Shown here one piece after another: positions 17,521 to 24,933 of a DNA stretch of 64,000 nt. The position numbers and the translations under genes were made by a program. Below the pieces are notes generated by a model, which did no database searches, had not been told where the DNA came from, and worked only from the letters and a program-made list of their open reading frames with translations. Position 1 is the stretch's first letter. Each line of letters starts with the position of its first letter. Origin of the DNA: an uncultured Fimbriiglobus sp. (GTDB lineage Bacteria; Planctomycetota; Planctomycetia; Gemmatales; Gemmataceae); NCBI GenBank assembly GCA_964390195.1, contig CAYMHO010000007.1, forward strand, positions 2,565-66,564, written 5' to 3'.

Positions 17521-18996
17521 CTATCCCCGTAGCCCCTCAAATAGCTTCTCCCGCCACTCCCTCTCACGTCTTTCGTCGGGCGTCTCTTGCGGCTGTTCTT
17601 CGGCGTCTGGGTCTTTGAGCGTGCGGAACAGCTTGTTCGCCTGAATCGCCAGTTGGCTCAGGGCGTCCACTTGGTCGTCGTGCGTACCGCCTGGGAACTC
17701 TGCCATTTCCAACTTCAACTCCTCCACCCACGCCTTCCCTTCGGGCACATGCACCTGCCCCGCGTCCAACTTCTTGCCCAACATGTCGGCACGGACTTCC
17801 TTGCTCCCATCCGGTCTGATGCCCTTCACCGGAAGTCTCTGGAACCGGCACTCTTCGATCACCAGCCGCTGAAAGGCAACGTCCTCGACGTAGATCACCC
17901 TCGGCTGAAGGCGGGCGTAGATGTCGGAGATCGTCGGCACCAACTTGATGCCGGGAATCCGCTCGCGGTGCAGGTCGAGCAGGTAGATGTCGCCGGTGCT
18001 GTACACGTCGGCGGTGACGATCACCGTCCAGTCCCCCTTCACACTGATGGCGAGGTCCACGCTGCCCAAGCGGATGCGCTCGCCTTCGGGGAGCGTGGTG
18101 TAGGTCTTCAGCAGTTCCGGGTTCAGGGAGGCGTCGGCGGTGCCGGGTGCTTGGTTATACTGCGCCTCGAAGCTTCTCCCGCTCTCGGCTTTCTGTGCGT
18201 TCACCTTCCTCTGGGAGTGCAGTTGGGGGCAGAGCAATTCGCCCTGCTCGGTGCGGGGATCGGTCCAGCGCGTGCTGGTGTACGGGCACCTGCCGTACTC
18301 CATCGGGAGAATCAGCTTGCACCAGTTGCCCTCCTTGTCGTTCTTCAGGATGTGCCCAGCCAAGTCCTGGCTGGTGGTCCGCTGCATCACCACGATGCGG
18401 AACCCTCGCTGAGGTGTAATGCGGTTGGAGAACGCCTCCGAGTACCACTTGATGACGGCTTCCCGCTGCGGGCGGGATTCGACCTCGCGGACGTTGTGCG
18501 GGTCGTCCACGATGGCGAAGTTGCCCCGCTCGCCCGTCACGCCCGAATCGATACTGGTGGCGAGCCGGAAGCCGGTCTTGTCGTTGTCGAACCGGCGTTT
18601 GGTGTCTTGGTCGTCGCTGATGCGGAAGACGTGGCGGTAGTAACTCTGGTACAGGTCGCTGCCGATGATACGGCGGCACTTCATGCTGTCGCGTTCGGAC
18701 AGGCTCAGGCTGTGGCTGGCGAAGAGAAAGCGGTCGCTGGGGTGGGTGGTCCACCACCAGCACGGGAACATGACGCTTACCTTCAGGCTCTTGGCGCAGC
18801 CTGGTGGCATACAGATGAGCAGGTTCTCGATGTCCTCAATGTGGGCAAGGTGGTCGCAGATGGCATCGACGTGGTAGCCGTCCACGAAGGGGACGGAGGG
18901 TTCCACGACGTTCCAGAACTCTTTGACGAACCGCTTGAGGTCGCGGCGGGACGCTTCGGCTCTGACCGCCGTGATGTGTTCGGGTGTTAGTTGCAC
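17521..18996 (-). CDS. phage terminase large subunit
   Basis: 491 aa. ATPase region has GNFAIVDDPHN (Walker B-like). The C-terminal nuclease region has VYVEDVAFQ and HDDQVDALS, typical of TerL. GTG start. Confidence 0.85.
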   Translation of the reverse strand: MQLTPEHITAVRAEASRRDLKRFVKEFWNVVEPSVPFVDGYHVDAICDHLAHIEDIENLLICMPPGCAKSLKVSVMFPCWWWTTHPSDRFLFASHSLSLSERDSMKCRRIIGSDLYQSYYRHVFRISDDQDTKRRFDNDKTGFRLATSIDSGVTGERGNFAIVDDPHNVREVESRPQREAVIKWYSEAFSNRITPQRGFRIVVMQRTTSQDLAGHILKNDKEGNWCKLILPMEYGRCPYTSTRWTDPRTEQGELLCPQLHSQRKVNAQKAESGRSFEAQYNQAPGTADASLNPELLKTYTTLPEGERIRLGSVDLAISVKGDWTVIVTADVYSTGDIYLLDLHRERIPGIKLVPTISDIYARLQPRVIYVEDVAFQRLVIEECRFQRLPVKGIRPDGSKEVRADMLGKKLDAGQVHVPEGKAWVEELKLEMAEFPGGTHDDQVDALSQLAIQANKLFRTLKDPDAEEQPQETPDERREREWREKLFEGLRG

Positions 18997-19078
18997 GTCC
19001 TAGATAGGGGGCGTGCTGCGAAAACGATAGTTCGGGAGGTTTTAGTGAGCCGGTGAATCCGGGAGAATGGCACATGGC

Positions 19079-19107
19079 GGTCACTCAGCATTTGATGCTG
19101 AGTGACC
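19079..19107. terminator. perfect 13-bp hairpin at the junction of the phage module and the AT-richer lectin module
   Basis: ggtcactcagcat-ttg-atgctgagtgacc, 18 nt downstream of the stop of gene 19125-19766. Confidence 0.5.
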
Positions 19108-19124
19108 ACCGTCCTAATCAGATA

Positions 19125-19766
19125 CTAGCGGTTGATTTGTTCGTAAGAAGTTACAGTCACTTCCTTGACTCCTTTACGGTTGTAGCAACCGTAGTCTGCA
19201 TTTGCTTTCGCATCCTTCAAGGCATCTTCTTTAGTATCTCCGACGCCGCTCGTCGTTGATTCATAGCCGTCGTTGCACTTGTATTTGACATTGCATCGCC
19301 ACCCCGCTTTCGCAGCCAAGACGGGAAAGTTATCGCCTGCGTTTGCAGTTGTATAACCGTACAGACTGCAGTTGCCGATCCCGTACTGCTTGAGACACAT
19401 GTTGTAGGCTTCATTTGCCCTTTCATACGTCGAGTACGGCGAGCCGAGGTACTCGCGGAAATTACCAGTTGAGGTCGCTCGGAAGGTCACATGCCACGTT
19501 GCGAAACCCGCGACTGACGACCCGGACTCCGTGAGCATATAGTTCGGAGAGGTGAGCGGAGTCACCATCCCCTGTAGGGGAAGATAACTGCCAGACGGAA
19601 TCGCATACCCCACCGTCGGATACCCGTAGGTGCCTTGAATAGTTGTGCAAGTAGGAAGGGGGGGCTGGTTAACACATGCTGCCTTCTTGCGCCAGAATGC
19701 AGTCGCTTCGCTTGTTGAAAGCAGGCAGAGAGCTATCGTCATCGAGAAGATCGCCAGGCGATTCAT
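19125..19766 (-). CDS. Cys-rich secreted hypothetical protein
   Basis: Start at MNRLAIFSMTIALCLLSTSEATA (signal peptide). Several Cys. AT-richer codon usage. Confidence 0.6.
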   Translation of the reverse strand: MNRLAIFSMTIALCLLSTSEATAFWRKKAACVNQPPLPTCTTIQGTYGYPTVGYAIPSGSYLPLQGMVTPLTSPNYMLTESGSSVAGFATWHVTFRATSTGNFREYLGSPYSTYERANEAYNMCLKQYGIGNCSLYGYTTANAGDNFPVLAAKAGWRCNVKYKCNDGYESTTSGVGDTKEDALKDAKANADYGCYNRKGVKEVTVTSYEQINR

Positions 19767-19828
19767 TGAGGCACCTCTGGTGTTGTTTAGAGATAATTGT
19801 AGTGATTGTACGTATCTCCATCCAAGAA

Positions 19829-20320
19829 CTACTTCACCTTCTTCAGGGACCAGTGCTGACACTTGTTTCCGTTCGAGTCCCACATCTGGATGTCAGTGCC
19901 TGCACGGTCTAACTGATTTGCATCAGCATCGATCACTTTCCCAGTCGCCACATTGCGAATCTGGACATACGTCTCACCTGTTAGATCTGTTACCCCAGGC
20001 GGCTTGCCATCCAAAGTAAGAATTTCAAACAGATACACCGGCGGTATCTCCTTCCCTTTCGGATCTCCGAACTTCAATCTCGCGCCGTTGTCCATAACTC
20101 GCGTCGGATCAGCTAAGACGGACAAACCGTTTTCGCATGAAACCAATCTGAATTTCCCGGTCCCATCGCCTACGAATTCAAGAAGCCATTCTTGATTCGG
20201 GTGGTTGTTGCTTGTCCAAAGCTGCAAGCGGTGTTCTTGAACTTTCTGCTTGTGCCGAGTCGTGTCGTTGTCCAAGACCGAGCCGTTTGCTCGATTCGTT
20301 ATTCTCACTGTATCTGCCAT
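19829..20320 (-). CDS. ricin-type beta-trefoil lectin domain protein
   Basis: 163 aa from MADTVRI. Three QxW-type motifs (QEW, QMW, QHW) at trefoil-like spacing. No signal peptide seen. Confidence 0.65.
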   Translation of the reverse strand: MADTVRITNRANGSVLDNDTTRHKQKVQEHRLQLWTSNNHPNQEWLLEFVGDGTGKFRLVSCENGLSVLADPTRVMDNGARLKFGDPKGKEIPPVYLFEILTLDGKPPGVTDLTGETYVQIRNVATGKVIDADANQLDRAGTDIQMWDSNGNKCQHWSLKKVK

Positions 20321-20487
20321 TTTCCTTCCCCTGTTCGTGGGTTTCGCTGTTGCCCGGTGAAGGAGTACCCCGAAAGTCGCCTCAACGGAAATCTGACGCA
20401 TCTGACTAGCCAGAATAACCGTTGCAACCCAAACCCTTGCCTGAACAGGTTTTGCAGACCTGCTGCATGCTCGCCGAACTCGCACAT

Positions 20488-21393
20488 TTAGGCATGGGTG
20501 CTTCCGTTTGGCCAGTCCCAACGCCTGTACCGTCGCAACCGATCCCTCAACTCGACCGCCGCCGCATCGCTGAGGAGATGATCCCGGTAGGGGTAGGTTT
20601 TCCGAACGCGCACGGCGGTCGGCGTGTTCGTTTGGTACGGACGCATTTGGAGTTGGTGGAGGGCTTCATATCCGTGGCGCAAGGCTTTCAGTAGGGCGAC
20701 AGAAATGACCCTGCACCCTGTCGCTTCGAGATAGGCACGCGCCGCCTCGAACGACATCCCCTTGCTGCACACGTCATCGATCACCAGCACCGTCTTTCCC
20801 GAACACAGTGGGCTGCTGGCATACCGCTCGGTTCCCCGCTTGAGGGGGTTGGGGTTCAGGCGGATGGTGCGCAGTTGGTTCAGGTGATCGACGGTTGCAC
20901 GGCTCGTTTGGGATTTCGTCGCGGTGGTGTGGCGGACGATGAGATCGGGGATGTAGTTTCCCCGGAAGCACTTGGCGAACCGCGTGACGGGTTCGATGAG
21001 GACTTCTGGAAAATCTCCCTGCGAATGGCACGGATACGACGTGATGTAGTTGATGTTCTCGTAGAGTCCCGTGAAGTACAAGGTGGAGCAGAGATACTTC
21101 GCCCAGAACTGCTCGTCGTGACCGTACTCGTCCTTGATGTTGCGCAGGAAGTCTCGACTGTACTCGGCGTGCGGCTCGTACATCGTGCTGAAGGTTGCGA
21201 GCGTGCTGGATAGCTCTGCTTTGTTTTGGATGAACGCCTGCCCGATGCCGTCTCCGAATCGATTGACGAGCGACTGAAGTCCCTTCTGACCCAGCCCGTG
21301 GAGCGATCCGAAACCCAATAGCGCAACGGCAAAAGGAATCTCGTCACCGATCTCCGGTGCTTCCAACGCATCGAACAGGCTCGGTTGCGCCAT
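20488..21393 (-). CDS. phosphoribosyltransferase (PRTase, ComF-like) domain protein with N-terminal helix-hairpin-helix-like motif
   Basis: PRPP-binding loop KTVLVIDDVCSKGMSF. N-terminal LLGFGSLHGLGQKGLQSL is HhH-like. 301 aa. Confidence 0.7.
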   Translation of the reverse strand: MAQPSLFDALEAPEIGDEIPFAVALLGFGSLHGLGQKGLQSLVNRFGDGIGQAFIQNKAELSSTLATFSTMYEPHAEYSRDFLRNIKDEYGHDEQFWAKYLCSTLYFTGLYENINYITSYPCHSQGDFPEVLIEPVTRFAKCFRGNYIPDLIVRHTTATKSQTSRATVDHLNQLRTIRLNPNPLKRGTERYASSPLCSGKTVLVIDDVCSKGMSFEAARAYLEATGCRVISVALLKALRHGYEALHQLQMRPYQTNTPTAVRVRKTYPYRDHLLSDAAAVELRDRLRRYRRWDWPNGSTHA

Positions 21394-21669
21394 TTCTCAT
21401 TCTCGAACTATGCCGCTCATTAGCCGACCGCTTCCGTTGGGGGTAGCCCAAGTCCAACGGAGAAGGTTAAATTTTGTACACTGAACAAGCCGTGAGGCTA
21501 AGGTCAGTAGGCAGCGGGTGAAACCACCCATCCTCTCTAATCGTACCAGCAAGCGGGCGGATGGGGGGGAGAAATGCGTGCCTCGTGAGCGCACGTCGTA
21601 CTAACAGCCACTCCGATCCCAACAACCGGAATGGCGGGCGAACGCTGTCAGCACCGATTTGGGAAGCCT

Positions 21670-21900
21670 TCAGTACCGCATGGACGGCGGCGGCTGCGTG
21701 GTCGTAGTCATGGTGTAGAACATCGGCGGCTTCGGGAGGTCGGTCGGCTCTTCGGGGGCGTGGGGACTGCCGCCCATGTCCGTTTTCGCCCCGTGATGTT
21801 CGGCACCCGCGTAGACCGTCTCGACGCACACAGCCGTGCCGAGAGCAACCACCACCCACCGCCGCCAGCAGCCACTGCATCGATCAAATTCCCAGAACAT
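21670..21900 (-). CDS. small membrane-anchored hypothetical protein (weak)
   Basis: 76 aa from MFWEFDRCSGCWRRWVVVALGTAVCV. Confidence 0.3.
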   Translation of the reverse strand: MFWEFDRCSGCWRRWVVVALGTAVCVETVYAGAEHHGAKTDMGGSPHAPEEPTDLPKPPMFYTMTTTTQPPPSMRY

Positions 21901-21934
21901 GACGCATCTCCGATGACGTAGAATCTGCCGTATT

Positions 21935-22174
21935 CTACTCATCAACTGCCACAGGCGTCTCAGAGATGCTACCAGCCAGGGCTGCGGAAAGTGCCTGGAT
22001 CACTTCAAACCACTGTTCGCGGTCGAACGTCACCCGGATGCTCGGCTTGTCCCAGCGGTCCAACACCAGCACCACCCGCCCGCGTTGATCGCTCTCTTCC
22101 GGCGGCAGAACGGTGAACGGGGTGGGGGTGGTGTTCGCCAAGTAGACTTCCAACGGCTTGCTTCGGCTGCCCAT
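21935..22174 (-). CDS. hypothetical protein
   Basis: 79 aa from MGSRSKPLEVYLANTT. No family recognised. Confidence 0.4.
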   Translation of the reverse strand: MGSRSKPLEVYLANTTPTPFTVLPPEESDQRGRVVLVLDRWDKPSIRVTFDREQWFEVIQALSAALAGSISETPVAVDE

Positions 22175-22282
22175 CGTCGCTCCTTGTGGTTGAGGGTTCT
22201 TGCCACCCCTGAGACATTGGGGGTGTTTAGCCACAAGGCATTGGGCAGGGGTTTCTCCCCCTTCTATCACGGCAGAGTCGCC

Positions 22283-22510
22283 ATGCCCTTGCACTCAGCG
22301 ATGATCGGTGGCGTTCAGGTGCCCGGCTTCCGATACGTCGTCTACGGGCAGACTCGCGGGTTCGTGAGTACGCACCGCACCAAGCGCGCCGCCCTCCGCT
22401 CCCTTGCCAAAGACGCCCGGCGGCGGATGAAGGAAGGGCAAGCGTCCGATGCGCTCGTCTACTTCTGGCGGGGCGGTTGGGTGGAGGTCATGATCAGCAA
22501 AAGAAGTTAA
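22283..22510 (+). CDS. hypothetical protein
   Basis: 75 aa from MPLHSAMIGG. Divergent from 21935-22174. Confidence 0.4.
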   Translation: MPLHSAMIGGVQVPGFRYVVYGQTRGFVSTHRTKRAALRSLAKDARRRMKEGQASDALVYFWRGGWVEVMISKRS

Positions 22511-22570
22511 CTTGCGTTATACTTCGTATCCGATATAATGGATATGGGTGATATGATAAATAATTGACTA

Positions 22571-22599
22571 TTGAAATGTGATCTGGGTTCGACTAAAAT
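22571..22599 (+). promoter_or_regulatory. sigma70-like promoter candidate (TTGAAA-17-TAAAAT)
   Basis: ttgaaa at 22571-22576, a 17-nt spacer, then taaaat at 22594-22599. Sits in an AT-rich tract 31 nt upstream of the small-peptide ATG. Confidence 0.35.
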
Positions 22600-22629
22600 C
22601 CTCAACCACCGCAGTTGAGGATTAGCCGG

Positions 22630-22752
22630 ATGAAACGCCATTCCACTTCTCTGCGAAAATCAGGAACACGGCTCGTCGTGCTGGTCGCCATCGTGTCAAT
22701 TTTCCTTCTGGCGTGGTCAGTCGTGCTGACTCTCCTCTCGATGTGGTGTTAG
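22630..22752 (+). CDS. 40-aa hydrophobic peptide (type I toxin-like or holin-like candidate)
   Basis: MKRHSTSLRKSGTRLVVLVAIVSIFLLAWSVVLTLLSMWC: basic N-terminus plus a single TM. GAGGA lies 8 nt upstream of the ATG. Below the 60-aa cut-off of the ORF track. Confidence 0.4.
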   Translation: MKRHSTSLRKSGTRLVVLVAIVSIFLLAWSVVLTLLSMWC

Positions 22753-22798
22753 TCTGGATGACGGAACTCGAACTCCCCCGCGAAGAGGCTCGCCAGGA

Positions 22799-23293
22799 AT
22801 GAAATTAACGCGCTGCCCGTGCGGCTTCCTGGGTGATGCGAAACACCAGTGCAAGTGCAACCCAATGGCGGTGGAGAAGTACCTCGGCCGCATCTCAGGG
22901 CCGCTGCTCGATCGCATCGACTTGCACATCGAGGTGCCGGCGGTGCCTTACGAGGAGCTGAGCAAGAAGGCGGACGGCACGAACAGTGGCGTCATGCGGG
23001 AGCAGGTATTGGCCGCCCGGCGGGTGCAGGACGAGCGGTTCGGCGGGGGCGGCATGACGAACGCCCGCATGAGCCCGAAGCAACTCCGCGAGCACAGCGA
23101 ACCGGACGCCGACGGCCGCCAGCTCATCGCCGCCGCGATGGACGACCTGGGACTGTCCGCCCGCGCCCACGACCGCATCCTGCGGGTGAGCCGCACCATC
23201 GCCGACCTGGAGGGCAGCCCCCGCGTCTCCGCCGGCCACCTCGCCGAAGCCATCGGCTACCGCACCCTCGACCGCAAGCTGTGGAAGAGTTGA
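22799..23293 (+). pseudogene. comM: comM/yifB 3' fragment (C-terminal part)
   Basis: CPCGFLGD..HQCKC, YLGRISGPLLDRIDLHIEVP, GLSARAHDRILRVSRTIADLEG and HLAEAIGYR are typical of the ComM/Mg-chelatase C-terminal region. Confidence 0.8.
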
Positions 23294-23403
23294 CCGACGC
23301 CCGGTTCAGGCCGTCACCCCGTCCCTTGATCCCACGGCCCACCCGCACCACAGGTTGAACAGGAGACGGGGGTGCGGAGCCACTTCTCTTCGGAGCTCCA
23401 GCG

Positions 23404-24810
23404 ATGTTTCGCACGGCCGCCCTGGTCCTCATCACCCTCGCCGCCCCGCTGTTCGCCCAGCCGCCGGGGCCGACCGGCGACTGGCCGATGGACCGCATCA
23501 AGACCAAGTTCGGGGCGGTGTATTCCGGGCTGATTCTGGACGAGTACGGCGACGTGGTGAAGTTCCGCATCGTCAACCGGCCGCCCGGTCGGCCGACGGT
23601 CACGCTCACCACCACCTTCACCACGTCCGAGATCGACAAGGTCACCCGCCTGACCGACGACGACCGCAAGAAACTCCGCGAGCGGCTGGCCGCCCTGGAC
23701 GCGGACGCCGGCGGGGCGGGGGAGCAGGAGCGGATCGGCGGACTCGAGTTCACCCCGACCGACTGGCTGGGCAAGGAGAAGGGCGGCAAGCGGTACGACG
23801 CCGACCAGTTCGTGCTGGTGTCGGGCGCCCAGGACGACATCACCCGGCGGGCGGCGGTGCGGTTGGAGAAGATTTACACCGCCTTCGACCGCGTGCTGCC
23901 CCGGCGACACCAGGCGGCCCGCCCGACGCGGGTGGAACTGGCCGACACCCTGGACGACTACAAGGCGGTGCTGAAGGCGAGCGGGGTGAAGGTGCAGAAC
24001 GCGGCGGTCTTCTTCCCGGCCGACAACCGCATCGTGTGCGGGTCGGACCTGAAGCGGCTGGGCGACGACCTCCGCCGCACCCGCCTGCACCACGAGCAGC
24101 AGCGGGTGGCGCTGGACAAAACCGAGAAGGAGCTGAAGGAGCTGTACAAGGGGTCGAAGGACGAACTGGAGCGGTTCCTGGGGGCGGTGCGGAAGGAGCG
24201 GGACAAGATCGCCGCGGCCGAGCGGGAGAACGACGCCGCGTTCGACGCCGCCACCAAGCGGCTGTTCGCCATCCTGTACCACGAGGCGTTCCACTCCTAC
24301 GCCGCCGCGTTCGTCTTCCCCCCGCTGAAGGCGGACGACATCCGGGCCGGCACGGGCACCGGTGAACTGCCCCGGTGGCTGAACGAGGGGCTGGCCCAGA
24401 TGTTCGAGGACCCGGTGATTGAGGCGGGCGAGTTGCGGGTGGGACACGCCGACCCGGTGCGGCTGAAGAAGGCGCAGGACGCCGTGGCGGACAAGAAGCC
24501 CGACGGCGGGCTGGTGCCGCTGGCCGACTTACTCCGCACCGGGCAGGAGCAGTTCGTGACCGCCCACGCCGGCGAGAAGGAGGTGGCCGACCGCCACTAC
24601 CTGAGTGCGTGGGCGGTGGCGCACTACCTGACGTTCGGGCGGAAGGTGGTGGGCACGAAGGGGCTGGACGACTACCTGATCGCGGTGAACACCGGCACCG
24701 ACCCGGCGAAGGCGTTCGAGAAGCTGGTCGGCCAGGACCTGCCGGCGTTCGAGAAGGACTGGCACGAGTACCTGCGGAAGCTGCAGCCCGACGGCAGCGT
24801 GCGGAAGTGA
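23404..24810 (+). CDS. DUF1570-like secreted metallopeptidase-fold protein
   Basis: Signal peptide. HEAFH (HExxH) followed by WLNEGLAQMFE, as in DUF1570 proteins. Confidence 0.75.
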   Translation: MFRTAALVLITLAAPLFAQPPGPTGDWPMDRIKTKFGAVYSGLILDEYGDVVKFRIVNRPPGRPTVTLTTTFTTSEIDKVTRLTDDDRKKLRERLAALDADAGGAGEQERIGGLEFTPTDWLGKEKGGKRYDADQFVLVSGAQDDITRRAAVRLEKIYTAFDRVLPRRHQAARPTRVELADTLDDYKAVLKASGVKVQNAAVFFPADNRIVCGSDLKRLGDDLRRTRLHHEQQRVALDKTEKELKELYKGSKDELERFLGAVRKERDKIAAAERENDAAFDAATKRLFAILYHEAFHSYAAAFVFPPLKADDIRAGTGTGELPRWLNEGLAQMFEDPVIEAGELRVGHADPVRLKKAQDAVADKKPDGGLVPLADLLRTGQEQFVTAHAGEKEVADRHYLSAWAVAHYLTFGRKVVGTKGLDDYLIAVNTGTDPAKAFEKLVGQDLPAFEKDWHEYLRKLQPDGSVRK

Positions 24811-24933
24811 CGCCGGTACTCGGGCACACCCTCGGTTAATCAGGCCCCTTTTCAAGCAGGGAGTCGGTACAATCAACTTCCGATCACCCCACCGTGTGTG
24901 CCGGTTCGTCACCCGCCGCCCAGGAACCCGCGG

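Larger units (their letters stand above)
7671..22798. mobile_element. mosaic genomic island / decayed prophage interrupting comM (no integrase recognised)
   Basis: Lies between the two comM fragments. Contains phage terminase, portal, protease and tail-fibre genes, truncated host-like genes, and several visibly AT-richer blocks (8307-9480, 10330-11500, 19100-21650, 22510-22750). Confidence 0.6.

Noticed and set aside
21397-21594. 65-aa minus-strand ORF in the PRTase leader
   Set aside because: Odd composition, no start context, and it overlaps predicted stem-loops. Treated as non-coding.
20488-21669. PRTase gene as the effector of a retron
   Set aside because: No reverse transcriptase ORF is adjacent, and I could not identify msr/msd-like inverted repeats in the leader. 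It is kept only as a speculative ncRNA candidate.
22581-22600. tRNA 3' fragment at the island edge suggested by gggttcgac (T-loop-like GGTTCGA)
   Set aside because: The flanking bases do not form a T-stem or acceptor stem, and there is no CCA-proximal pairing. It is more simply part of the AT-rich promoter-like tract.
7671-22798. Search for an integrase, recombinase or transposase within the island
   Set aside because: No ORF shows tyrosine-recombinase (R..H..R..Y), serine-recombinase or DDE-type motifs that I can recognise. The island is therefore called decayed or integrase-less, not a functional prophage.
23314-24829. Long minus-strand ORFs (377 aa and 329 aa) opposite the DUF1570-like gene
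   Set aside because: Pro/Arg/Gly/Ala low-complexity translations. The plus-strand ORF carries an HExxH motif and a signal peptide.
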